The notes: generated by a model not told the origin, from the letters alone. A stretch of DNA of 20,000 nt from an uncultured virus (IMG/VR IMGVR_UViG_2795385499_000003) (IMGVR_UViG_2795385499_000003), one strand, 5' to 3'; numbered from the stretch's first letter, positions 1-8,768 are shown. Program-made: numbers and translations.

Positions 1-477
1 AAGCCTTATGAGGGCGTGCCGAATCTCTACACGATAAAATCGCCACCGAAAAAGAACGCTGAATTTGAGGGTTTTGGTCTACTCATTTCTCCAAAATCTG
101 GCCTATGCCAAATTAGAGCGTTAGGTAAAAACATTGATACAGACAGCTATGGACTTGCGCTCCAATCAAAATTCAAAGAGCTCTTAGATTCTCTATCTTC
201 AATCTATGGCAAACCTAAAAGTACCGATTTTTTACTTTCAGGCTCAATCTGGAAAGAACCTCAAGACTGGATGATGGCGCTGAACAAAAAGGAACGTTTC
301 CTCTCAGCCCAATGGGGAGGATCTCCCGCAACACCTCTTAAAAACAAGCTTGCATCAGTATCTATGGAAGCAAGAGCCAATGGCTCTAGCGAGGGATATG
401 TTTTCCTTCAGTATGACTTTGACAACATAGATGCTTGCAACGCAGAAATTGAAGAAGCTAAGAAAAGCTCGTTATAA
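1..477 (+). CDS. Hypothetical protein, probably 5'-truncated by the window edge
   Basis: Frame is open from base 1 (KPYEGVPNLY...) to TAA at 477 and is followed by a terminator. Confidence 0.75.
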   Translation, partial: KPYEGVPNLYTIKSPPKKNAEFEGFGLLISPKSGLCQIRALGKNIDTDSYGLALQSKFKELLDSLSSIYGKPKSTDFLLSGSIWKEPQDWMMALNKKERFLSAQWGGSPATPLKNKLASVSMEARANGSSEGYVFLQYDFDNIDACNAEIEEAKKSSL

Positions 478-526
478 ACCTTTCCTCTATATTGCTATAT
501 AAACGCTTATAAAATTTTGTAACCAC

Positions 527-549
527 ACCTCGCTCCGGCGAGGTTTTTT
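527..549 (+). terminator. Rho-independent terminator
   Basis: ACCTCGC-TCCG-GCGAGGT hairpin followed by a T-tract, downstream of the 1..477 ORF. Confidence 0.85.
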
Positions 550-664
550 ATGAGCAAAATATTCGATCAAAACGATCCAATCATCATTTCATAAATCGGC
601 ATATAAATAGAGATCGTTTCACTTTTTGCAATTATAATCACTGTATATTTATCAGGAGGTGGTT

Positions 665-838
665 ATGCAAAAGTGCACAGTAAAAACAGTCCTCATTAAA
701 GTCGAACAGTATGAAGAACTCCGTAAATTACAGGAAAAAGAGCGAGCAAAATCCCCTCTAGGTGTTGCCCCAACAATTCACGTTATCGCTCGCGGCCTGA
801 TGGATAAGGCATTGGCTCAACTTGCTCAGGAGGCGTAA
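665..838 (+). CDS. 57-aa putative ribbon-helix-helix-type DNA-binding protein (not in ORF track)
   Basis: GGAGG RBS then MQKCTVKTVLIKVEQYEELRKLQEKERAKSPLGVAPTIHVIARGLMDKALAQLAQEA*. Its stop overlaps the next start (TAATG at 836-840). Strand-helix-helix pattern judged by eye. Confidence 0.75.
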   Translation: MQKCTVKTVLIKVEQYEELRKLQEKERAKSPLGVAPTIHVIARGLMDKALAQLAQEA

Positions 839-1164
839 TGGAACAATTACAACGCCTGGCCGAAGCTGTTGCGGACGCTTACCTTCGTAATCGGCTCCGA
901 GAGCATGGGAATACTCAGTTTTCGCATGACGGAAAAACAGGTGAAATTCGCCGTGATTTACTGGCGTCCGGGCTGGTGGATAACTGCGTTTATGCTGCCC
1001 GAAATAGCGGCAAGGCCGATTATGAACAGGAGGCATACTCAATGCTAATGGAGATGATTTCTCTGGACGGCAGAGAGTACCGGGTAACAGACCACGGCCT
1101 GAACGTAATCGAACATATGCATCGCATAGCGCTGGTTAAAGCCACGCCCCGCGTCAATCATTAA
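838..1164 (+). CDS. Hypothetical protein (108 aa)
   Basis: AGGAGG RBS, translationally coupled to the upstream gene, ends 9 bp before the TMP gene. Confidence 0.8.
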   Translation: MEQLQRLAEAVADAYLRNRLREHGNTQFSHDGKTGEIRRDLLASGLVDNCVYAARNSGKADYEQEAYSMLMEMISLDGREYRVTDHGLNVIEHMHRIALVKATPRVNH

Positions 1165-1173
1165 GGGGGATGA

Positions 1174-3747
1174 ATGGCTGATACCAAATTAGGGGGCGTC
1201 TATTACGAAGTTGATATTGATCTGGAGAAGGCCCTTGAAGCAAATCAGCAACTCAAGCGAGAGCTGAAGGCACTAAGTGACAATGCCAAGAACTCCGCAG
1301 GTGGAATCAAAACGCTTGAGACACAGGCCAAAACCACTGCCACAGCGGTCAACCAAGCCACTAAAGCAGGAGGCGCTTTCCGCAGCCAGTTCCAGCAAGC
1401 CGGTTATCAGATTCAGGATTTCATCGTACAGGTTCAGGGCGGACAATCTGCACTGGTCGCTTTCAGTCAGCAAGGTTCTCAATTGGCGGGAGCATTTGGC
1501 CCAGGTGGTGCCATTGTGGGCGCGGTGATTGCTTTGGGTACAGTAATCGCAGGCACGTTAATTACCGCTTTAAACGGCGGTAAAAACGCAATGGATGCTC
1601 TCCGAGAAGCAGCAGACGCAATGGATAAGGTGATCACCATTTCACAAAATGGGGTAGCCGCGCTGTCAGATAAGTATGCAAATCTTGCCAGGGTAAACGC
1701 AGAAGTTGCCACGCTGATGAGAAATCAGGTGCTGCTGGAATACAACCAGGCAATGACGAAGGTTTCAAAGACTATATCTGATACCACCAGCGAGTTTTTC
1801 TCCTTTGGCGATACAGCTAAAGCCGCACTGTCTGGCGGCACAGTCAGTGTTAAGTTGCTTAGCACTATCCTTGACGCCGCTGAAGTCAAAACCAATAACT
1901 TCACCGATGCGTTCAATGAGATAAGCAAAAGCAGCATTGCGAACGAAGCGACTATCTCAACATTTACAAACACCGTTGGGGCATTATCTTCCCGGCTGGG
2001 TATTACTGATCAAGCTGCTTTTGAACTGGCAAAACAGCTGAATGACCTAAGTAAAAACCCTTCTCCACAGGCATTAACTACCTTAGCTATTCGCCTGCAA
2101 AATATGACCTCATCTAGCAAGGAGGGACAGGAACAAATCACCAGTCTGTCTAAGACGTTAGTAGGATTAGCTGTAGAAGCTACCAACGCTAAATTAAACA
2201 TGGATAGCCTCAAGCGCACCACTGACAACCTAACTGACGGGCAGAAAAACCTGTTAAAGCAGGCAGAACGAAACCTCTCGCTGTCAAAACTTCAGGGAGA
2301 AGCTCGCGCCCGACTCGCAGCCCAATATGCTGCTGAAGATGCAGGATTTGCTAAAGACGACCCTCACGCCAAAAAGACGGAAGATGATGCGGCCGCCACT
2401 TATAAAAATTTAGAAGCGACGAAGCAGCTTAACTCTGAGCAGAAGAAATCAGCCGGCCAGGCATCCCGTAATGCTCAGGTACTGGAACAGTATCGGCAAA
2501 AGGCCGAGCTTTCTGCTGATTCGGTTGATGGACTATCCCGTGCTCAGGCAGTTCTTCAGGCACGTCAGAAACTGGTAAACCCTACACCAGCTCAAATAGC
2601 GCAGGTAGAGAAGGATGCTGGCGCAGCGTGGGATAAAGCCGCCGCAATACGCGCTCAGGCAGCGGCTATGAAGCTAATCCCGGAGCAGGCAGAGAACACT
2701 CGATACAAACAAGATGTTGCCGATCTCAAAACCGCCCTGGAACAAAAGACCATCACACAGAAGCAGCACGACACGGCTGCCGAGCAGATGGAGCAACAGC
2801 ACCAGGTAAATTTAGCCCGAATAAGGGCCACGCAGAACGTCGGAGTTACCCCACTGCAGGAAGCACAAGGCGCTATCGATCCTGTTCAGGCAATGGCTAA
2901 TGAGAACGCCAAAAAGCTCGCATTAATACAGGAGTTCGAAACCGCTAAGGGGCAAATCACCCTCAATGGTCTGGCATTGATGAATGCTGCTAACACGCAG
3001 TATGAGCAACAGCGCATCGCTGCTCAGTGGGAGATATACCGCAACCAGAGCGCCGCTAACAGCCTGCTGGCTGACGCGGTTGATTCTCTTCAAGGTGGCG
3101 CGACAAATGCCATTACCGGCCTTCTGAATGGCACTCAGAGCCTTAGTGAAGCATTCGCCAACATCGGAAGCACGATCCTCAACAGCGTTGTGAGTGGGCT
3201 GGTGGAGATGGGCCTACAGTATGTGAAAAACATGGTTATGGGGCAGGTGGCGGCATCAGCGGCACTTGGAGCAACAGCAACTCAGGCTACTGCCGCTGCG
3301 GGCATGTGGGGACCAGCAGCTGTGAGCGCCTCTATCGCCACTATGGGTACAGCCTCAACTGTTGGCACAACGGCCTACTCAACCGCATTGATGGCTTCCA
3401 AAGGGCTGGCAGTAGCTGGAGCCCGTGAGCATGGCGGGCCTGTTCTGGCTAACTCAATGTACCGGGTAGGTGAAGGCGGTAAGCCCGAAATCTTCAAGGC
3501 GTCTAACGGCAGCCAGTACATGATCCCGGGTGATAACGGCTCTGTTATCAGCAATAAGGATATTGGCAACGCTAATGGTAGTGGTGGTGTGAGCCTGGAA
3601 GTCAATTTCAACATCACTACCACTAACGGTATTGATGAAGCCACACAGAAGCAAATGGCCCAGCAAATGGAAATAGTTGCCCTGAAAGTCGCGCGGGAGC
3701 AAAGCACGCGTGATGGGGGCTTTCTTCAAAAGCGGATTAGGAAGTAA
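1174..3747 (+). CDS. Phage tail length tape measure protein (857 aa, siphovirus/lambdoid type)
   Basis: Long Ala/Gln-rich helical ORF with the GYQIQDFIVQVQGGQ...FSQQGSQL motif and C-terminal GAREHGGPV...YRVGEGGKPEIF, both typical of lambdoid TMPs. Confidence 0.9.
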   Translation: MADTKLGGVYYEVDIDLEKALEANQQLKRELKALSDNAKNSAGGIKTLETQAKTTATAVNQATKAGGAFRSQFQQAGYQIQDFIVQVQGGQSALVAFSQQGSQLAGAFGPGGAIVGAVIALGTVIAGTLITALNGGKNAMDALREAADAMDKVITISQNGVAALSDKYANLARVNAEVATLMRNQVLLEYNQAMTKVSKTISDTTSEFFSFGDTAKAALSGGTVSVKLLSTILDAAEVKTNNFTDAFNEISKSSIANEATISTFTNTVGALSSRLGITDQAAFELAKQLNDLSKNPSPQALTTLAIRLQNMTSSSKEGQEQITSLSKTLVGLAVEATNAKLNMDSLKRTTDNLTDGQKNLLKQAERNLSLSKLQGEARARLAAQYAAEDAGFAKDDPHAKKTEDDAAATYKNLEATKQLNSEQKKSAGQASRNAQVLEQYRQKAELSADSVDGLSRAQAVLQARQKLVNPTPAQIAQVEKDAGAAWDKAAAIRAQAAAMKLIPEQAENTRYKQDVADLKTALEQKTITQKQHDTAAEQMEQQHQVNLARIRATQNVGVTPLQEAQGAIDPVQAMANENAKKLALIQEFETAKGQITLNGLALMNAANTQYEQQRIAAQWEIYRNQSAANSLLADAVDSLQGGATNAITGLLNGTQSLSEAFANIGSTILNSVVSGLVEMGLQYVKNMVMGQVAASAALGATATQATAAAGMWGPAAVSASIATMGTASTVGTTAYSTALMASKGLAVAGAREHGGPVLANSMYRVGEGGKPEIFKASNGSQYMIPGDNGSVISNKDIGNANGSGGVSLEVNFNITTTNGIDEATQKQMAQQMEIVALKVAREQSTRDGGFLQKRIRK

Positions 3748-3828
3748 TTGAACGGTCGCAGGGACGCGATCATGTTGAGTTTGGTCAAGGTGAAACGGGT
3801 ATGAGAAATAGCGAAAGGTGGCAGACAG

Positions 3829-4263
3829 ATGCCTGACAGCACGAAAGAACAGGCCAGCCGTGATAAAGGCGGCAAATGGAAGAAAGGCGCATCGGGTAAT
3901 CCCGGTGGGCGCAGCAGCAAAGCAGCTGAACTGAGGCGTGTGCTGGAAGGTGGCGCTGATGATGCTGTGAAAACCATCATGGACGCGGCTAAAGAAGGCG
4001 ATATGGCTGCTTGTCGCCTCATCCTGGACAGAGTTGTCCCGCCGAGTAAGCCGGTTTATCAGCCTGTTTCGTTTGAGCTGGACGACAGCGATTTACCTGC
4101 AGCAGCCCGTTCGGTAATTAAGGCGATAGCCGCGGGAGAACTGCCGGCCGACCAAGGGAAAATGATTCTGGATGGCCTGGCGAACATGGCGAAGATTATC
4201 GAAATTACAGAACTGGCTGAGCGTGTAGCTGAGCTGGAGAAAGCACAGGAGAGCGGACAATGA
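3829..4263 (+). CDS. DUF5681-type protein (possibly small-terminase-like)
   Basis: N-terminal GKWKKGASGNPGGR motif; C-terminal ELAERVAELE coiled-coil segment. Confidence 0.75.
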   Translation: MPDSTKEQASRDKGGKWKKGASGNPGGRSSKAAELRRVLEGGADDAVKTIMDAAKEGDMAACRLILDRVVPPSKPVYQPVSFELDDSDLPAAARSVIKAIAAGELPADQGKMILDGLANMAKIIEITELAERVAELEKAQESGQ

Positions 4264-4478
4264 GCCTGTTAAGACGAATTGAAGCACTGGAAGCCACCAG
4301 CAGCGCCCAGACCAACAGCGGCGGCCCTGATGAAATATGGTTAATCGGTGTTAGCCCTGACGGTTCACGCGAGTGTAGGGGCGGCTGGGTCAAGGATGAA
4401 GGGCTTTTCCGCAACGCCACAGCTGAAGAAGCACAGCGACATAATCAGCTTATCCTGCAGTGGGATCATCATGGGTAG
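4260..4478 (+). CDS. Small hypothetical protein (72 aa)
   Basis: ATGA overlap with the upstream gene; starts MSLLRRIEALE. Confidence 0.7.
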   Translation: MSLLRRIEALEATSSAQTNSGGPDEIWLIGVSPDGSRECRGGWVKDEGLFRNATAEEAQRHNQLILQWDHHG

Positions 4479-4689
4479 CCTGCTGGCGCGACTGAACCGG
4501 CTGGAAAAGACCATGACGCCCAAGGATGGCGATACACAGGTGATTTCAGCCCTGATGGATGAGTTAGCAGGCAATGCCCCTGCAGGAGTGTATGAGAGGG
4601 CCATAGAGCGCCTGTCACTGCGCGGGCATAACTTCCCGCAGTCACCAGAACTGAGAGTGTTGCTAATGGGCGGTAACGATGAACATTAA
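4471..4689 (+). CDS. Small hypothetical protein (72 aa; start revised from 4348)
   Basis: ATG at 4471 overlaps the upstream stop; starts MGSLLARLNRLE, matching the neighbours' N-terminal motif. Confidence 0.7.
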   Translation: MGSLLARLNRLEKTMTPKDGDTQVISALMDELAGNAPAGVYERAIERLSLRGHNFPQSPELRVLLMGGNDEH

Positions 4690-4903
4690 AGCTCGCCTGG
4701 CTGCGCTGGAGAAGGTAGCTAGAGATAAAGGCAGCAAATCCATTGACGGGCCACAGCCACCCGTCAGAGCGGACTATGTGCGCGAGGATGGCACCTTTGA
4801 TCATGTTGGTTACAGAGCGGCGACTGACCAATGGAGCATCGAGGTATTTGGCAAGCCGTTGGCGCTGGTGGCCGAAGAGATCGCAGAAGCTGAGGATTTC
4901 TAA
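4679..4903 (+). CDS. Small hypothetical protein (74 aa)
   Basis: Overlaps the upstream gene; starts MNIKARLAALE. Confidence 0.7.
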   Translation: MNIKARLAALEKVARDKGSKSIDGPQPPVRADYVREDGTFDHVGYRAATDQWSIEVFGKPLALVAEEIAEAEDF

Positions 4904-4908
4904 CTGAC

Positions 4909-5583
4909 ATGACACCATTGAAAGAGATTGGCGAATGCCTGGTAATTGACGGCGATGATGAATACTTTTTCCGTCCGTCCCTGATAGCCATGTCGAGTAT
5001 TGGTGAGCCCGGCGAGATTGTTTCAACGTTCCATGCGCTACACAGCAACGAGGCAACGACATTACTGCGCCGAGCCTATGATGCTTATGGAGCCATTCCC
5101 CACTGGGTGACCGAGTACGCTAAGCGGCCTGAGTTCACCAAGCCAGCAATATATGCCGCTATGGATGTGTTAACCGCCTGCTGTAATCGTGACGCTTCAC
5201 CGCTGGTGGGTGTGCTGGTGCCGAGCAAAACCAAAAAGCGAACCTTCCTGCATCGTCGCGGAAAGATGCCAGCCACAGACATGATTATCTTTGCGCAGTC
5301 CCTGATGATACACGGCATTATCGGCAAGGCTAAAGTGCGCCGGCTTCAGCGCCATGAGGACGGGCAGACCACCAGCGAATTCAACGCATTCGAGTACATC
5401 AGCGCCGCTCGTAATCACTTTGGTATGAGCAGAGATGAAGCGGAACAGCTTACCATGACCGAGTTCACCATGCTGCTGGCGGCCAAGTATCCTGATCAGA
5501 AGGGCTTTACGCGGGAAGAGTACGAGCAGGTAGCTGATGATTATTTCGAGCGAAAGGCACGGAAGCTGGCCAAGGCTGCGTAA
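4909..5583 (+). CDS. DUF6246-family phage protein (putative tail assembly chaperone)
   Basis: MTPLKEIGECL...YFFRPS N-terminus and YISAARNHFGMSRDEAEQLTMTEF C-terminus recognised from enterobacterial prophage tail regions. The chaperone role is inferred. Confidence 0.75.
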   Translation: MTPLKEIGECLVIDGDDEYFFRPSLIAMSSIGEPGEIVSTFHALHSNEATTLLRRAYDAYGAIPHWVTEYAKRPEFTKPAIYAAMDVLTACCNRDASPLVGVLVPSKTKKRTFLHRRGKMPATDMIIFAQSLMIHGIIGKAKVRRLQRHEDGQTTSEFNAFEYISAARNHFGMSRDEAEQLTMTEFTMLLAAKYPDQKGFTREEYEQVADDYFERKARKLAKAA

Positions 5584-5653
5584 GAAGTCAGTTGCTCTCG
5601 GGATGCCATGAAAAATACAAACGCAACAAGATGACCACTCCACCCAAAAGGTA

Positions 5654-5675
5654 GCGCCATCGGTGTTGATGGCGC
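5654..5675. terminator. Hairpin between convergent genes, probable terminator
   Basis: GCGCCATC-GGTGTT-GATGGCGC perfect 8-bp stem, 7 bp past the stop of the minus-strand gene; weak T-tract. Confidence 0.5.
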
Positions 5676-5682
5676 ATATATA

Positions 5683-5925
5683 TTACGCTGGCTTACCGTT
5701 GAAAGCCTTATTGCCAGCAATCGCAGCTTTGGCTTTAGCTTTTGGCAGAGGCTTACTAGCAATTACAGGAACGCGATTAAGGATGAAGCGAACATCATCA
5801 GCATTCAGGGGAATCCCATTGTCTTGAAAAGTCCCGGCAATAGCGTTTGCCCCCATTCCTTCGCCATCCATTTCAACAATACGATTAACATTGCCATGGA
5901 AAAAGATACTTTCTTTAACTTTCAT
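5683..5925 (-). CDS. Hypothetical protein (80 aa, basic C-terminus)
   Basis: GAGG RBS 8 nt upstream of ATG at 5925 (MKVKESIFFHG...). Confidence 0.65.
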   Translation of the reverse strand: MKVKESIFFHGNVNRIVEMDGEGMGANAIAGTFQDNGIPLNADDVRFILNRVPVIASKPLPKAKAKAAIAGNKAFNGKPA

Positions 5926-6242
5926 AGGTAGCACCTCGTTGAGAGTGTCATGGGAGTAAGAGCGCCTTACTCATACTAAATAAAAATGCGCTAAAGTGTA
6001 CGAGTGTTTAAAATCCACACGATTAATTAATTTCTTTATAAGTGAATATCAATGAGTTACGAGGTTAATTACTAGTTTTTGGATAGTTAGTGCGCTGACA
6101 CTGGTAGCCACATTCAGCATAAAGAGTGCCTGAACATTCACTGTAAACTGATGAGTACACAACCCTTGAACGATAGACGATCGAGATGGCACCATAGCAG
6201 ATTACCATTCAGACTATGAGCTCTTGTGTTCGTAGTTATATG

Positions 6243-6280
6243 CTGTATATTTAAACAGTATTAACTGTTTAAACGATCAG
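6243..6280 (+). promoter_or_regulatory. LexA (SOS) box plus a weaker tandem second box
   Basis: CTGTATATTTAAACAG (6243-6258) is a near-consensus CTG-N10-CAG; CTGTTTAAACGATCAG (6265-6280) is a second CTG-N10-CAG. Both lie 60-100 bp upstream of ORF 6343. Confidence 0.7.
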
Positions 6281-6342
6281 TAACCAAATCTCTGCAAAAG
6301 ATATTACATTAGGATTTTTCATATTAAACCGGATGTCTATCT

Positions 6343-7386
6343 ATGCTATCGGAAAAGGCAGTTATTACTTTTTATAATATCAATAAAGCTGGTTATTACG
6401 CACAAGGTAGTAAGCAACCAGCTTTTGGCGGTGTGTTGGAGACGCTGAGTGATTTGCAACGCTGGGCGAAGCCTAAAAAGTTAAAGCAGACAAAAACTTA
6501 CGAGGCTAATGAAGAACGATATCCTTGCTATCTTGTGGATGCGAAAAAGAACGGTGATGACTGGGCTCTTCTGATGTGGAATGAAATTCCTTCTAATGGT
6601 CAACAGGTGCCTTCAATAAGTGAAACAGCTCAATTCGGAGCTGATCCTGAAGTTATTCTGAACCCTTTACAGCAGGGCAGCATTCCCGGCTACGCCACTT
6701 ATTTCTGGTTGCTTCCAGACAAGAACCTTTTGGCAACGGTACGACTTCATAACAAACTAACTTCGCAGGCTTCCCTGCAGTATTACCTTCAGTGTTTTCT
6801 TAAACAGTCCTCTCAGCATGTTGTGTCTAAACCCTTCACGAATGAAGACGGAAGCGTTGAAGTCCAGATAACAGGATACAAAAGCGACCCTTCAGATCCT
6901 GATGAAGAGAAAAAGCACTACAACCCCAGATTTAGTTCCAGCTTGGTTAGGAATGGAGGAAAGCATGAGGTCATACGACAGAATGCCGAGAAAATTAAGA
7001 AAATTGAGAGGGTTGTTGAGCTTGACTTAGCTAAACCAGAGCAGCTTGGCTTATGGCAAAAAATGCTTCAGGTTGTCCATTTAGATGCCCCTCAAGGTGC
7101 AGGGATCAGTACTAAAGTCAGATATACAGTAGCACCAGACATCACGCTCAAAGATGTCAACGCAATGATTGACGACTGGGAAGCTGACCCAAGCGAGGTT
7201 AACGATTACGGCTTCTATTTCGAAGGTGAAACCAATAAGCCATACTGGTTAAGTAAATCGCTTGCCCGTATGGATTTTGAGCTAGAGCTTGAGCGAGAAA
7301 ACGTAGAATTTGTACAGCTGGAATCTCTGCTGAACGATTTAGTGAAGAAGAAAAATACTATCTTAAAAGGTGCCGGATTGTTATGA
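6343..7386 (+). CDS. Soluble hypothetical protein (347 aa), candidate anti-phage component
   Basis: Long ORF, ATGA-coupled to a membrane protein gene, in a cargo position. Confidence 0.85.
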   Translation: MLSEKAVITFYNINKAGYYAQGSKQPAFGGVLETLSDLQRWAKPKKLKQTKTYEANEERYPCYLVDAKKNGDDWALLMWNEIPSNGQQVPSISETAQFGADPEVILNPLQQGSIPGYATYFWLLPDKNLLATVRLHNKLTSQASLQYYLQCFLKQSSQHVVSKPFTNEDGSVEVQITGYKSDPSDPDEEKKHYNPRFSSSLVRNGGKHEVIRQNAEKIKKIERVVELDLAKPEQLGLWQKMLQVVHLDAPQGAGISTKVRYTVAPDITLKDVNAMIDDWEADPSEVNDYGFYFEGETNKPYWLSKSLARMDFELELERENVEFVQLESLLNDLVKKKNTILKGAGLL

Positions 7387-7889
7387 ATTTAAAAGCGGTC
7401 ATAGGATTAACATGTATAGCAATTGTGCTTCTTGCGGGATACCTAGGAAGAAACGTTGCCTTTGTACTCCAATGGCCGCTATTTGAAGCACTTAGGACGA
7501 CAGCATCAATTATTTTTGCTGTGGTAGGCGCTTGGTTTGCAATCATCTACCCTGAAAGGTTAAAAAAATCTTTTCGGGGAGGTACAGCTGAAAATAGTGG
7601 ACCAGGCATACATAGACTATTCACTCCGATTGTTCACTCAACTGCGATCCTAGCCACAGTTCTAGTTACAGGCGTTGTGGCACCTTTGCTCAAACAATTT
7701 GATTGGGTATTGTCGCACCGAGAAATATTCCGAGGGCTATCCTATGGACTGCTGGTTTTTTTGACTTTATGGCAGCTTTTAACGGTTTTGTTTAGCTTAA
7801 TCGGTCCAGACATGGTTAAACGTCATGTCTCGAAACAAGATCGGGCAGATGAGGCTGCAAATTCCGTATTGCCGGCCAAGAAGGAATAA
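7383..7889 (+). CDS. Membrane protein, about 4 TM helices (168 aa)
   Basis: Four hydrophobic stretches; coupled to 6343..7386. Confidence 0.85.
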   Translation: MNLKAVIGLTCIAIVLLAGYLGRNVAFVLQWPLFEALRTTASIIFAVVGAWFAIIYPERLKKSFRGGTAENSGPGIHRLFTPIVHSTAILATVLVTGVVAPLLKQFDWVLSHREIFRGLSYGLLVFLTLWQLLTVLFSLIGPDMVKRHVSKQDRADEAANSVLPAKKE

Positions 7890-7892
7890 AAA

Positions 7893-8087
7893 TTATTGGT
7901 TCGTAATTTTGAGGCAAAACCTGCTTTTTTTCTTCCAAGCGCTATAAATATCCTTATCCTATGCCTTACCTGTCTTAGTCTGTAAACCAGCCTCATTAAG
8001 CCGTTCAGCGATGATGCGATCATTGTCAAAGCCTTGTGCGATTGTCTCTTTCACCACACTGATCACCGCCTGTTCATCGTATGGCAA
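7893..8087 (-). pseudogene. 3' remnant of a paralogue of the 9683..10117 DNA-binding gene
   Basis: Translates LPYDEQAVISVVKETIAQGFDNDRIIAERLNEAGLQTKTGKA*DKDIYSAWK versus LPYDEQEVIRIIAETINQGFDNGRIIAERLNDAGYQTKAGKAWTKDIYSAWK. TAG at 7959-7961 replaces Trp. Confidence 0.85.
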
Positions 8088-8114
8088 AGTTGCGCTGACA
8101 GTGTGGCAGTAGTA

Positions 8115-8549
8115 CTAATTTTTTCCTTTAAAGAGATCGTATTCATCCCATGCTGCAAAGCCTATTGGTCTCTTGGGCTCCTCAGGATTTAAACGCTTTT
8201 TCTTTATCAACAAAACATTAATCTGGCTGACGTGCTGTACTAGTTCAACAGGGCTACCATCTTCAAGTTGGCCTATGAAAGAAATAAGAGAGGGGTTCCA
8301 GTAGCCGATATCTGTAAAGTGGAATTCAATACTTCTGCCAAAGCTAGCTAATTGGCCGCCTACCTCGTGCTCGTTATCGAGGTCACGGTGAAAGTCGTTT
8401 ATCCAGCATATCAATCGACGGTGAAACTCATCTGCAAGATTGTGATTTTTAGGTGGGTGAATTACTGGGAGCCTGTTCATGTTGTCCATTATGGCTTGCA
8501 TGTTTTCTAGGCCGGCGCTAGACAAGCCAAAAAGATTTTTATCAGTCAT
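8115..8549 (-). CDS. DUF6173-family protein
   Basis: LASFG...IGYWNPSLISFIG...VELVQHVSQINVLL...RPIGF motif pattern. Confidence 0.75.
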   Translation of the reverse strand: MTDKNLFGLSSAGLENMQAIMDNMNRLPVIHPPKNHNLADEFHRRLICWINDFHRDLDNEHEVGGQLASFGRSIEFHFTDIGYWNPSLISFIGQLEDGSPVELVQHVSQINVLLIKKKRLNPEEPKRPIGFAAWDEYDLFKGKN

Positions 8550-8579
8550 CGCTCATCCTTATCAGAGTATAGAAGGGAA

Positions 8580-8768
8580 CTCATTAATACAAAGAGATGT
8601 CCTGCCGCGAGCACCCTATTGATTTGAACGCCACGCTAGCGGCTATCGGGCTGGTTACAGTGAAAAGACCGCACCGATTATCGCATACAGAACCCCATAA
8701 AACCTAATTTACAGGAGCGGATTGCACAACCAAAAGCTGAATGTAATGATCGCTAGTAGATTGACGCC
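8580..8768 (+). pseudogene. terS: Frameshifted N-terminal remnant of a terminase small subunit (Terminase_2 type)
   Basis: Across frameshifts reads EMSCREHPIDLNATLAAI/AGYSEKTAPIIAY/NPIKPNLQERIAQ, matching the family pattern FCREYLIDLNATQAAIRAGYSEKTA. Confidence 0.8.

Noticed and set aside
641..655. Canonical LexA box
   Set aside because: Spacer is 9 nt rather than 10, so it is not called as a feature; kept only as a weak observation.
1273..3729. Multiple antisense and alternate-frame ORFs inside the TMP gene
   Set aside because: Shadow ORFs of a long coding sequence, with no recognisable motifs.
4348..4470. Longer N-terminus for the 4471..4689 gene
   Set aside because: Overlaps the upstream gene extensively; ATG 4471 gives coupling and the shared motif.
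6091..8100. TGCGCTGACA at both 6091 and 8091 as a possible cassette-flanking repeat
   Set aside because: Only 10 bp with no extension; compatible with chance.
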